IMG/VR virus record: IMGVR_UViG_3300032247_000920 | Location: 1-39,790 of that record | Reading direction: 5' to 3' (one strand) | DNA from: a virus | Lineage: Duplodnaviria > Caudoviricetes | Length of the DNA: 39,790 nucleotides | Shown: one piece after another, positions 18,867 to 27,273 of the stretch | Position numbering within the stretch: position 1 is the stretch's first letter | Layout of the letters: each line of letters opens with the position of its first letter | Notes under the pieces: model-generated | Told to the model about the DNA's origin: nothing | The model's input: only the letters and a program-made list of their open reading frames with translations | Database searches by the model: none | Program-made: the position numbers and the translations under genes

Positions 18867-18892
18867 AAAGGGGCTTAATTGCCCCTTTTTTT
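18867..18892. terminator. Rho-independent terminator, probably bidirectional
   Basis: AAAGGGGC-TTAATT-GCCCCTTTTTTT between convergent operons. Confidence 0.9.
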
Positions 18893-19088
18893 ATTCGTTA
18901 TAATGATCTTTAATATTTCCATTTAAACCAATAATATCTATTCTATCTTCGTCCCAGCTAGTTGTTTCATCTGAATCGTAATAAATTTCTTTTTTCTTTT
19001 TGCCAAATATTTTTTCAAATTTTTCATCAAACTTTTCTTTGTTCGTTTTTCTTGCTATTGAACCTTTTCCTGCCTCGCTATAACTCAT
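18891..19088 (-). CDS. Small phage hypothetical protein
   Basis: GKGS..RK...FDEKFEKIFGKK motif; coupled to the upstream gene. Confidence 0.7.
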   Translation of the reverse strand: MSYSEAGKGSIARKTNKEKFDEKFEKIFGKKKKEIYYDSDETTSWDEDRIDIIGLNGNIKDHYNE

Positions 19089-20028
19089 AAGCCTGTCCCC
19101 TGAAAGCTACAACATCATCTTCAATAACTTCTACCAATTCAGGCGGTAAAAGTTTGCCCTTATGAAATGATAACACAGCGAAACCGCTACGCCAATTCTT
19201 TGGATTATCTTCTGTATAATTTAAAAATTGATCGCCATCTATTTCAGCTAATGTTCCTGTGTCCACACCATAGCGAGTGCCTGTGTAATCAGTGTAAGCC
19301 GAAACCTTTAATGAGTGTAAATGGCCTGTAACGATACTTGTTCCAGCGCCCATTGTGTTATTGTGTGTGGCATGAACACCGCCTTTCCAACGATGCTTTA
19401 TGCAGACATCATTGATCCATGTAGCCCAGCATGGTTTCCAAGCGGGGAAATGGTCTTTTAAATGAAAGCCATTAACAAATTCATATTCAGGTGCGACTGC
19501 TGCAAGGTATGTTTCAAATCTACTATCATGATTACCTAGTGTCCAAGTAAGAAAAGGGCTAGGTTTAACTGTCTTGCAAGCATCTTCAATCCTACCTAGC
19601 ATTTCTTTACAAGCGTTTAATTCATCAATGACTGTTGGCCTGTGTTCAAGAAATCCAATGCGGCCATGTCTTGATATATTTGCACCATCAAATACATCAC
19701 CATTAGCAATCACAGCTTTAGGTTTTAATTCTTTGATAAATTTAATGAGTGCTTTGAATGCGGTTGTTTCATCATTATTCCAAAAGTGAGCGTCAGAAAA
19801 AACAATTACAATGCCATTTTGAATAGGGATATTAATTCTTGCCGAGTGTCGTTCTATAAAAGGTTTTTCTTCATTGGCTTGTAAATCCAATCCGTATCGG
19901 CTTTCCATTGCTCTGCGCCTCATTTGCACAGCACGAATACTGATACCTGTTTTTGTTGAGATTTTTTGGCATGATTTTAATTCACCCCAAAGCTTTATGA
20001 ATTCTTCATCTGATATCAATTTTGGCAT
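19078..20028 (-). CDS. Calcineurin-like metallophosphoesterase with N-terminal HTH-like segment
   Basis: SDAH, NGDVFD, GNHD and GHLH motifs. Confidence 0.9.
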   Translation of the reverse strand: MPKLISDEEFIKLWGELKSCQKISTKTGISIRAVQMRRRAMESRYGLDLQANEEKPFIERHSARINIPIQNGIVIVFSDAHFWNNDETTAFKALIKFIKELKPKAVIANGDVFDGANISRHGRIGFLEHRPTVIDELNACKEMLGRIEDACKTVKPSPFLTWTLGNHDSRFETYLAAVAPEYEFVNGFHLKDHFPAWKPCWATWINDVCIKHRWKGGVHATHNNTMGAGTSIVTGHLHSLKVSAYTDYTGTRYGVDTGTLAEIDGDQFLNYTEDNPKNWRSGFAVLSFHKGKLLPPELVEVIEDDVVAFRGQAYEL

Positions 20029-20147
20029 ATGGTTCCTAAAAAAGAGGGCTACTTGTCTTAATGTCTATTATTAAATACCTTGCGCAAGTCTAGCAATATT
20101 CGCCTATATTATATTGCATTACATTAAAATTTTCACCCATTAATCAA

Positions 20148-20402
20148 TTAAAACGGAACATCACTTTCCATATCATCAAAAGAAGTTGATGACTTGGCGC
20201 TAGTTTGTTGTGAATCTTTTGGTAGCGGTTCTTTCATTTGTAACCACCCATCAAAATTTACAGGGATAGTTTCAAGTTTGATAGCTTGGCCGCCATTTTT
20301 TGTTTCTACAACAACGCCACATCTAATCCATTTTCTTCTTTCTTTGCCGTCTTTACCGACATAGTTTTCACCGCCTGCTAATAAATCATGAGTTATTGCC
20401 AT
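20148..20402 (-). CDS. Small single-stranded DNA-binding protein-like
   Basis: YVGKDGKERRKWIRCG and acidic DDMESDVPF C-terminal tail. Confidence 0.7.
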   Translation of the reverse strand: MAITHDLLAGGENYVGKDGKERRKWIRCGVVVETKNGGQAIKLETIPVNFDGWLQMKEPLPKDSQQTSAKSSTSFDDMESDVPF

Positions 20403-21027
20403 TTTCTTTTTCCTTTAGTTGTTGAACGATTAAATCTACTTCATTATTGAACTCAATTACTTCTGCTTCAGCTTGCGAGATAAATTCCTCATCTCTAAAA
20501 ATGCGCTTAATAAAAAGCTGCAAAGGTTCGCTGATGTCAGGATCAAAAGAGACCAAGTCACACCATTTTCTATCTACGCCACAGCAGGCCATCTGAAACT
20601 GCACTTGAGCATAATAACGATTGACTAAATCTTTGCCATCATTGATAAAATGCTCAAGGTGATTGTCGGGCAGCGGACATTTAATTTCTATAAGGCCATC
20701 GCTACCAATCATGCCATCAGGTGAACAACCTGCCATAGAAATGACAGGGTGATTGACAAAAGCTATTTGATCTACAAATAAGCCTCTTTTCACCTCGTAG
20801 GAAGCCCTTGCAAGCGGTTCTAACGCTGTTCCGCGTTCCATTGCTGCATTGGTGTAGCCTTGCACTCGTTTTCCTGTCAAACGCTCTCTAACGAGCTCGT
20901 TTTTGAGCTTTTTGCGACCTGCACTCTCACCTGATTTGATTTTGGACATAAGGTCTGCAATCTTGCTGGCCGTAACCTTACCAAGTCGCATCTGAAACCA
21001 CTCATCACTTCCTTGTTGTATGTCCAT
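20386..21027 (-). CDS. YqaJ/lambda-exonuclease family nuclease
   Basis: QGSDEWFQMRLGKVTAS, AMERGTALEP, CSPDG, IEIKCP, YYAQVQFQM. Confidence 0.95.
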   Translation of the reverse strand: MDIQQGSDEWFQMRLGKVTASKIADLMSKIKSGESAGRKKLKNELVRERLTGKRVQGYTNAAMERGTALEPLARASYEVKRGLFVDQIAFVNHPVISMAGCSPDGMIGSDGLIEIKCPLPDNHLEHFINDGKDLVNRYYAQVQFQMACCGVDRKWCDLVSFDPDISEPLQLFIKRIFRDEEFISQAEAEVIEFNNEVDLIVQQLKEKENGNNS

Positions 21028-21175
21028 AAAAATACCTTCCTATAGCATGCTGGTTTATCGGTTCCATATCATTTTGCCTTTTCAAGCGTAAATAAATGGT
21101 TTGAATAATCCATTGAATACGCATGCTTTCTGATTGGGGATATATTTGATTTGCTTTTGCCATGAGTGAATTCAT
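21005..21175 (-). CDS. Hypothetical protein
   Basis: ATGA overlap with the upstream gene; fills the operon gap. Confidence 0.5.
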   Translation of the reverse strand: MNSLMAKANQIYPQSESMRIQWIIQTIYLRLKRQNDMEPINQHAIGRYFYGHTTRK

Positions 21176-21387
21176 AGCATGCCTCTGATTCTGTATTCTG
21201 CAACAATACAAGTTTCATCAAAAGAGTTTTTGACTTTCTTGGCCTGCGTTTCAATTTCATAGCCTTTTTTGCGAAGGTTATAAATTGTGTCAGCTAACCG
21301 ATAAATGCCTAGATTTTTCCATGCCTTCAACGGATCAATGGTTTTTGATTTTTTAAAATATTTAATTAAGCGGTCTTGTTGTGTCAT
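21172..21387 (-). CDS. Winged helix-turn-helix DNA-binding protein
   Basis: TIDPLKAWKNLGIYRLADTIYNLRKKGYEIET; start reassigned to Met at 21387. Confidence 0.8.
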   Translation of the reverse strand: MTQQDRLIKYFKKSKTIDPLKAWKNLGIYRLADTIYNLRKKGYEIETQAKKVKNSFDETCIVAEYRIRGML

Positions 21388-21940
21388 CTTGTTCCCCTTG
21401 TAATATTTTTTTGAGTTTATTTGTTTCATTGATTACAGCCTGCGCCACAGCTTTATTATTTCGCACTTCTGAAATAATAGTAGCGTAGTTTTTTTGTAGC
21501 TCATCAATAGTTTTGCTTTCATTGATTTTTTTAATATAATCTTCAGGGTTCATGCGTGTAGCTTCACCATCATCATCATCTTGGTAAAGGCCACAGATGG
21601 CACTTAAATTATATCTGCGTAAATAACTCATGCAGCTTCCAACGCCCTGCGCATCATTTTTTTGTAATGGGCAGCTTGCGGTGTCCTCAATCCATTCACC
21701 CGATTCATGAATAAGGCGTGTTGTCAGAGAAATAAACCCTGCTTCACTTGCGCTGGCGGTCTGTAGGAATGCAATGCCCGCTTCATTCAAAGCTGGTTTG
21801 ACTGCATCTATTACAGAGCCTAAATCGGCATAGCGTGATTTGAAGTGAGGATTGGTGCTGTCTTTGATTGCAAACTTAATGTTACGCTGCGCTTGAACCA
21901 AAGCTTTGGATATAGCATTGATGCTATCTGATGTTTTCAT
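21362..21940 (-). CDS. ERF-family ssDNA annealing recombinase
   Basis: KDSTNPHFKSRYADL, LIHESGEWI, QGVGSCMSYLRRY, DDDG. Confidence 0.95.
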   Translation of the reverse strand: MKTSDSINAISKALVQAQRNIKFAIKDSTNPHFKSRYADLGSVIDAVKPALNEAGIAFLQTASASEAGFISLTTRLIHESGEWIEDTASCPLQKNDAQGVGSCMSYLRRYNLSAICGLYQDDDDGEATRMNPEDYIKKINESKTIDELQKNYATIISEVRNNKAVAQAVINETNKLKKILQGEQDDTTRPLN

Positions 21941-21960
21941 GTCTTATAGTTTCCTTTTAT

Positions 21961-22380
21961 TTAAATAATGCGTTTCATGGTTTCATTGTAAATATTGCCC
22001 GCCCAATGAGCAGCGGTGTTCTCACCATTGATGTATCTTGTAACTACATCTTTGGCAATATACTCAATTTTAGCATCATATAAATCTTTAATGCGGCCAA
22101 TTTTATCATCATCAGCATCATAAAGAATATTTTTCACTTGATCTTGCAAATCCCAACCATTGTAAGCGTCAGAAAATTTTTTAGATTGAAACATTAAATA
22201 ATACTCAATTAATTCTTGTAGCGTTGGTTTTTCTTCACCATCTAAAAAGTCAGGATCAGGGTTTACCATAGTTTGAATATGCACTTTGTTTTCTGCTGCA
22301 ACATTTTCTTCAGACATAACGGCCTCCGTTGTGTTTTGATTTTGTTGTATAGTATTCTTATCTGTTTGATTTGGCAACAT
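21961..22380 (-). CDS. Hypothetical protein
   Basis: ORF in the early operon; start uncertain. Confidence 0.65.
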   Translation of the reverse strand: MLPNQTDKNTIQQNQNTTEAVMSEENVAAENKVHIQTMVNPDPDFLDGEEKPTLQELIEYYLMFQSKKFSDAYNGWDLQDQVKNILYDADDDKIGRIKDLYDAKIEYIAKDVVTRYINGENTAAHWAGNIYNETMKRII

Positions 22381-22491
22381 TTATTTACTCCACCATTGCA
22401 TGACTATTGGCGTCAAAATATAAAGACATATTGCGAAATACGCGTAAACAGCAATCGCATAAATAATAGCTTTTTTAGTTTCTGTTTTCAT
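22381..22491 (-). CDS. Small membrane peptide (36 aa, not in ORF track)
   Basis: MKTETKKAIIYAIAVYAYFAICLYILTPIVMQWWSK; GAGGA RBS; fills the gap exactly. Confidence 0.7.
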   Translation of the reverse strand: MKTETKKAIIYAIAVYAYFAICLYILTPIVMQWWSK

Positions 22492-22492
22492 T

Positions 22493-22684
22493 TTATTTAT
22501 CCTCAAGTGAATTAACAAGGCTGTCTAAAACTGTTTTCATGGCAAACTCAACATCTTTGCGATTCATTTGACTTGCATATTGATCGGCCATTTTTATACA
22601 CTCATCAGCTTTTTCATCTGATGGTGCAGTGATAGCTAAAGACAGAGCAACCATAAGCGCTTCTTTATCAGTCTGTATCTTCAT
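22493..22684 (-). CDS. Hypothetical protein
   Basis: ORF MKIQTDKEALMVALSLAITAP... in the early operon. Confidence 0.65.
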   Translation of the reverse strand: MKIQTDKEALMVALSLAITAPSDEKADECIKMADQYASQMNRKDVEFAMKTVLDSLVNSLEDK

Positions 22685-22859
22685 GAGCGTCCCCCACATT
22701 TTCAACAATTTCAACTTCAAAATTGTTTTCACAAATTTTATCGTTATCGTCTAATGAATTCATAAAATCATCTACAGCTTTATCTTCATTTTCAGCAACA
22801 ATTTCACGCTCGTAGGTGTTGGTAGATGTTACTTGAATTTTGAATTTATGCAGTTTCAT
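22668..22859 (-). CDS. Acidic hypothetical protein
   Basis: GAGGA RBS; EIVAENEDKA motif. Confidence 0.65.
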   Translation of the reverse strand: MKLHKFKIQVTSTNTYEREIVAENEDKAVDDFMNSLDDNDKICENNFEVEIVENVGDAHEDTD

Positions 22860-23265
22860 CATAGTCCTCTTTTGTGTTTTCATTCAAGAAATTTAATTGA
22901 TTTTCTTTGTATTGCTGCCATATGATAGGAAGTTCAACATTATCATTTTCAGCACATTCAAGAATATAATCAGCATCTTCACTGTTCATGATATTAGGAT
23001 CGTCATTTAAAAGCTCATCAATGAAACCTTCAAAACCATGATATGGAGTTGTATAATAAATTTCCATTGTGTCGCCATTCATCATAGCGACTTGATAATC
23101 ATCATTAATTAAAAATACATAACCACTATTGTTATTCATTGCTATTTTTACCCCAAGCCATGAAAAATTGCGAGGCAAATCAGCATTTAATAGCTCTATC
23201 GCCATGTGTTTTTCACGAGAACCAAAATCAGCAAGGTTTTCACTGTAAATATTATCTGTAGTCAT
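22846..23265 (-). CDS. Acidic hypothetical protein
   Basis: Start at 23265 (MTTDNIY) after the GAAAGGAAAC RBS. Confidence 0.7.
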   Translation of the reverse strand: MTTDNIYSENLADFGSREKHMAIELLNADLPRNFSWLGVKIAMNNNSGYVFLINDDYQVAMMNGDTMEIYYTTPYHGFEGFIDELLNDDPNIMNSEDADYILECAENDNVELPIIWQQYKENQLNFLNENTKEDYDETA

Positions 23266-23285
23266 TTTGTTTCCTTTCGTTTCCG

Positions 23286-23462
23286 TTAGTTTGATTGTAA
23301 AAGCGCATAGCGAACATAACACTCATACGCTATACGCTGATATTTGTTGATAATATCTTTGTCATTATAATTTTCTTGAATGTATTGCAAGGCATGATCA
23401 AATTCAATATCAAGATTTGCAGCTAATGTTTGAATAACACCAATGGCAGCGGTAAGCCTCAT
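23286..23462 (-). CDS. Hypothetical protein
   Basis: ATGA overlap with the upstream ORF. Confidence 0.55.
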   Translation of the reverse strand: MRLTAAIGVIQTLAANLDIEFDHALQYIQENYNDKDIINKYQRIAYECYVRYALLQSN

Positions 23463-23755
23463 TTTGCACCCCCCGCTATATTGAGTTTGCCTAATACAAT
23501 TTTCCAAGCTTGATAACGAGCATCATCTTTGCCATTAGCTAAAATATTATCAGCCCAAGTGAATAATGTATCGTTTTGCTTATTTTTTGTTGTGAATTGG
23601 CAAGCGTATTCAATTTTGCCGTTATTTTTTTTACATGTTTTGATTGACATATTACTGTGAGTTTTAAAACCTGCTTTAATTACATCAGATTTAATTGATT
23701 GCAGTAAATTTCTGTAAGTCATTTCTACCTTTGCTGTTTTATTTTGTGTTGTCAT
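23459..23755 (-). CDS. Hypothetical protein
   Basis: ORF abutting both neighbours; AAGGA RBS. Confidence 0.7.
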   Translation of the reverse strand: MTTQNKTAKVEMTYRNLLQSIKSDVIKAGFKTHSNMSIKTCKKNNGKIEYACQFTTKNKQNDTLFTWADNILANGKDDARYQAWKIVLGKLNIAGGAK

Positions 23756-24028
23756 TTATTTTCCTTCGCAATCTAAACAAATCATTTGACCATCAACAAA
23801 TTCGTATTGGTCGGTGATGTTGAATTCGGCTGCGTTTAATTTGCCTTGTTGATAAAATGCCAAATCATTGAACCTTGTTTCTACTGTAACAGGGTTGGCC
23901 ATTTCAATCAAAACTTTGCCGCAGCAATCACAAGGCATAGCATCAAAAAATACATTGCCTCTGTAATAGCTGGTTTCATCTAGAAATGGGAGGTTGGCGT
24001 GGTTTTTGCGGTCTGTGTAAACTATCAT
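23756..24028 (-). CDS. Zn-ribbon-like protein, first gene of the leftward early operon
   Basis: CDCC and CLDC cysteine pairs; strong RBS. Confidence 0.7.
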   Translation of the reverse strand: MIVYTDRKNHANLPFLDETSYYRGNVFFDAMPCDCCGKVLIEMANPVTVETRFNDLAFYQQGKLNAAEFNITDQYEFVDGQMICLDCEGK

Positions 24029-24138
24029 GTTGTTTCCTTTCGTTTCCTGTTAATAAATGTGCTACAAGTGTTATTTTCAACCTTTTTTGGAGCTTGGCAA
24101 GTAATTTCAAGCACTTTTTGGAAATATTTCCACTTTTT

Positions 24139-24206
24139 TTGATTAAAAAATGAGCAGATTGATTAAAAAATGAGCAAAAACGACAAAATTGATTAAAAAA
24201 TGAGCA
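24139..24206. repeat. Three exact 18-bp direct repeats TTGATTAAAAAATGAGCA (24139-56, 24159-76, 24189-206)
   Basis: Read directly; located in the divergent intergenic region. Confidence 0.95.
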
Positions 24207-24225
24207 ACTATGGTAAAGTGTGGCC

Positions 24226-24576
24226 ATGAAACATGCAGAACACGAGCAACAAGTCCTTCTAATCGAGTGGTTTAGGGCGCAATACCCATTACTTCGCGGC
24301 TGCCTATGGGCGATTCCTAATGGCGGGGTGCGTAACATTGGCACAGCAATCAAATTGAAGCGTGAAGGCGTCATTGCAGGCGTCAGCGACCTGTTTTTAA
24401 TGGTGGCGAAAGGTGGGCATCATGGCCTTTTTATAGAAATGAAATCTAAAGGTGGTAAACCACAGCAAAATCAGTTAGAATTTATCAAGCTTGCTCAATC
24501 TATGGGCTATGCTGCAATCGTTTGTTATGGTTTTTTAGAAGCAAAAAATCAGGTCAAAAATTATTTGGCCTCATAA
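24226..24576 (+). CDS. VRR-NUC domain nuclease
   Basis: EHEQQ, AIPNGG, GVIAGVSDL, FIEMK...Q PD-(D/E)xK motifs. Confidence 0.92.
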   Translation: MKHAEHEQQVLLIEWFRAQYPLLRGCLWAIPNGGVRNIGTAIKLKREGVIAGVSDLFLMVAKGGHHGLFIEMKSKGGKPQQNQLEFIKLAQSMGYAAIVCYGFLEAKNQVKNYLAS

Positions 24577-24641
24577 AAAGCTTTCTTTTTTTTTGGATTT
24601 GCTGGAAAATGATTTGGCACTTACAAGAAAAGAGGGGGTTT

Positions 24642-25295
24642 ATGCACTACTATCAACATAATATAGCCGACTACAGAAAAGATACTTCTCATTTATCTTT
24701 ATTAGAACATGGCGTTTATCATCAACTTTTAGATCAGTATTATTTATCAGAGGCACCAATTCCGTTAGACTTAACAAAACTATTTCGCTTAATGAGCGCA
24801 AAGGAGCAAAATGAAATATCAGCTATTGAAAATGTTCTTAACGATTTCTTTATTAAAACTGAAAGCGGTTATGTTCATAGACGCTGTGAAATTGAAATTG
24901 AAGCGTATCATTTAAAATCTACCACAGCTTCCAACGCTGCAAAGAAAAGATGGACTGATGCTGACGCAATGCAAACGCATAGCGATGGCATTACCAACCA
25001 TAAACCAGCAAACCATAAACCAAAAACTATAAAACCAAAAACCACTCTTACAGAGAGTGAGCAAAATGACTTTGATATTTTTTGGAATGCCTATCCTAAA
25101 AAAGTAGGCAAAGACAAAGCAATGACAGCTTGGAAAACAAAACAAGCCAACATAAAAGAAGTCCTTGAAGCATTGGTATGGCAAATGAAATCTGATCAAT
25201 GGTTCAAAAATGAAGGGCAGTATATTCCCAATCCAACAACCTATTTGAATCAAGGTCGCTGGAAGGACGAACCGCCTATCCCTATAACATTCTAG
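24642..25295 (+). CDS. DUF1376/YdaU-family replication initiator
   Basis: MHYYQHNIADYRKDTSHLS N-terminus; FDIFWNAYPKKVGK and PTTYLNQGRWKDE C-terminus. Confidence 0.9.
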   Translation: MHYYQHNIADYRKDTSHLSLLEHGVYHQLLDQYYLSEAPIPLDLTKLFRLMSAKEQNEISAIENVLNDFFIKTESGYVHRRCEIEIEAYHLKSTTASNAAKKRWTDADAMQTHSDGITNHKPANHKPKTIKPKTTLTESEQNDFDIFWNAYPKKVGKDKAMTAWKTKQANIKEVLEALVWQMKSDQWFKNEGQYIPNPTTYLNQGRWKDEPPIPITF

Positions 25296-25303
25296 GAGAT
25301 TAG

Positions 25304-25660
25304 ATGTTAAACGAACTTATGTGTCTATCAGCAATTATTTGGGGTGAAGCAAGAGGTGAAGCGCCAATTGGCCAAGTAGCCGCAGCTTATACAGCTATTA
25401 ACAGAAAAAAAGATCCACGCTATCCTGATAATATTTGTAAAATAATGCAACAACCCAATCAATATGAGTTTTTGTCAAAGGTGGGAATGCCAACTGAAAA
25501 ACAATTTGGACAATTCATGCCATTAGCAAAAGCTATTTTGGAAGGTCGTGTAGATGATCCAACGAGCGGGGCTAAATGGTTTCATACAAAAAATATAAAA
25601 CCAATTTGGTCTAAAGATAAAACAGTTAAAATAGCATTAGGTAATCATATTTTTTATTAA
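25304..25660 (+). CDS. SleB/Hydrolase_2 cell wall hydrolase
   Basis: CLSAIIWGEARGE...GQVA, YPDNIC, QYEF, DPTSGAKWFH, GNHIFY. Confidence 0.92.
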   Translation: MLNELMCLSAIIWGEARGEAPIGQVAAAYTAINRKKDPRYPDNICKIMQQPNQYEFLSKVGMPTEKQFGQFMPLAKAILEGRVDDPTSGAKWFHTKNIKPIWSKDKTVKIALGNHIFY

Positions 25661-25677
25661 CAAAAGGACAAGACAAG

Positions 25678-26184
25678 ATGAATATATTTTATTTAGATAA
25701 AAACCCAAGAACCTGCGCTACTATGCATTTAGATAAACATTGCGTCAAAATGATTTTAGAATATGCGCAGCTTCTTTCTACAGCTCACAGAGTTTGTGAT
25801 GATGATAATTTTGCAGACGAAAAAGGATTATACAAAGCTACACATATCAATCACCCATCAGCTATTTGGGTGCGCAAAAGCTATTGGAATTATGTTTGGC
25901 TTCTTGAGTTATTGCAATTTTTATGTATTGAATATACATATCGTTATGGCAAAATTCACAAGGTTCAACGAACAAATTTATTAAGCAATCTGCAAACGCT
26001 TCCTAAAAATATTGGACGCGATGCTTTTACAGAGCCGACGCTTGCAATGCCTGATGATTGCAAAATAGAAAATGATGCAATAGCTTCCTATAGGAAATAT
26101 TATCAGCTATACAAGTTTCACATTGCAAAATGGACTAGCAGAACAATTCCAACATGGTATGATCACAATTACATTATTCAATAA
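25678..26184 (+). CDS. Pyrimidine-dimer DNA glycosylase (endonuclease V)-like protein
   Basis: MNIFYLD...DKHCVKMILEYAQLLSTAH, HINHPSAIWVR, EYTYRYGKIH. Confidence 0.75.
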   Translation: MNIFYLDKNPRTCATMHLDKHCVKMILEYAQLLSTAHRVCDDDNFADEKGLYKATHINHPSAIWVRKSYWNYVWLLELLQFLCIEYTYRYGKIHKVQRTNLLSNLQTLPKNIGRDAFTEPTLAMPDDCKIENDAIASYRKYYQLYKFHIAKWTSRTIPTWYDHNYIIQ

Positions 26185-26198
26185 CAAAGGAAAATAAC

Positions 26199-26390
26199 AT
26201 GGCAGAATTAAGCAATCAATTATTTGATAGTGCAGCATTACTTAATGATGAAAGCAGAGCTTCAACAGATGTGGTTTTGATTCATAAGCTTCGTGATGCT
26301 TCAATGCTTATGACATTGGCCGCACAAGAATTACAAATTTTACAACTCAAATATGAAAAACTTCAAGATAATTTTGATTTATTAACATAA
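26199..26390 (+). CDS. Hypothetical coiled-coil protein
   Basis: AAGGA RBS, ORF. Confidence 0.65.
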   Translation: MAELSNQLFDSAALLNDESRASTDVVLIHKLRDASMLMTLAAQELQILQLKYEKLQDNFDLLT

Positions 26391-26399
26391 GGACAATAT

Positions 26400-26666
26400 A
26401 TGAATACGACAATGGGAAATCTAGAAAATTGGGTTCGTCAATTAAATGGAGAACTTAATGTGCAAGCTGTAGCAAAAACACAAGTAAGTAGAAAGCCCGG
26501 AGAGTATGTAAAAGAATATCGTGTTTATTTAACAGAGGAACATAAATGCTCTCTTACTTTAACCAATGGCCAACATTCACCAAAAAGACAGATACCAAAT
26601 TTGAGATTGACATTCAATCCAATAACTAACAGATTGGTGGCCGCTCAAATTTTAAGTGGTGGTTAA
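26400..26666 (+). CDS. Hypothetical protein
   Basis: AAGGA RBS, ORF. Confidence 0.65.
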   Translation: MNTTMGNLENWVRQLNGELNVQAVAKTQVSRKPGEYVKEYRVYLTEEHKCSLTLTNGQHSPKRQIPNLRLTFNPITNRLVAAQILSGG

Positions 26667-26667
26667 T

Positions 26668-26886
26668 ATGGAAACGAAAGCTTGGTTAATAGAGGAGTTT
26701 GATCACAATGGCCAACTTGCATGGAAAATGATATCATTTTTTGAGCCTGACAGCCTTTCATGGTTGAAAGATTTGAAAGGCAAGAAGCACAATCTAGTTA
26801 TTTCAGAGCTAGGCGTTATCAAAACTAAAACTGTTACAGGGATTGAAAAAAAATATGAATCTAGCAAATTTGTTATCGGCTTGTAA
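26668..26886 (+). CDS. Hypothetical protein
   Basis: METKAWLIEEFD..., starts just after the previous stop. Confidence 0.65.
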   Translation: METKAWLIEEFDHNGQLAWKMISFFEPDSLSWLKDLKGKKHNLVISELGVIKTKTVTGIEKKYESSKFVIGL

Positions 26887-26971
26887 AATTGTTGGTTTTA
26901 TTTTGTGGGTGGTTATATTCTTGGTTGTTTCACTCGTCCTATTTTATTTATGGGAAGAATTTAATGACTAA
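26855..26971 (+). CDS. Small membrane peptide (38 aa, not in ORF track)
   Basis: MNLANLLSACKIVGFILWVVIFLVVSLVLFYLWEEFND. Confidence 0.6.
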   Translation: MNLANLLSACKIVGFILWVVIFLVVSLVLFYLWEEFND

Positions 26972-27074
26972 AATTATAGACATTGCAATCAAATTATTAA
27001 TAATTGCTGGCGTGATTGGTTTGGCCATTGGCGTCGATATGGTGATAGAATTGATACTTATAAGGAATTTATGA
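26964..27074 (+). CDS. Small membrane peptide (36 aa)
   Basis: MTKIIDIAIKLLIIAGVIGLAIGVDMVIELILIRNL; overlaps both neighbours. Confidence 0.6.
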   Translation: MTKIIDIAIKLLIIAGVIGLAIGVDMVIELILIRNL

Positions 27075-27265
27075 AAGTGTTAATGATGGAAGTTTTATTT
27101 AGATATTTAGTTTTTGATGATTTAGGTGAGCCTATTCGTAGGTTCAGGACAAAGCATGAAGCTGAATGTTATGTTTTACATAGGCCAAATCACAGAATTG
27201 AAAGGTTGCCGCCTGCACCAATAGAAAATGTATTTAATTTAATTTCAGATGAACCACTATTTTAG
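27071..27265 (+). CDS. Hypothetical protein
   Basis: RRFRTKHEA motif; ATGA overlap. Confidence 0.65.
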   Translation: MKVLMMEVLFRYLVFDDLGEPIRRFRTKHEAECYVLHRPNHRIERLPPAPIENVFNLISDEPLF

Positions 27266-27273
27266 GACAATAT

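Noticed and set aside
21172-21387. Lysogeny module (repressor/integrase)
   Set aside because: This is a small wHTH protein inside the recombination operon; no CI-like or recombinase gene was found
24139-24206. CRISPR mini-array
   Set aside because: Repeats are 18 bp with 2- and 12-bp gaps, far too short for spacers, and no cas genes are present
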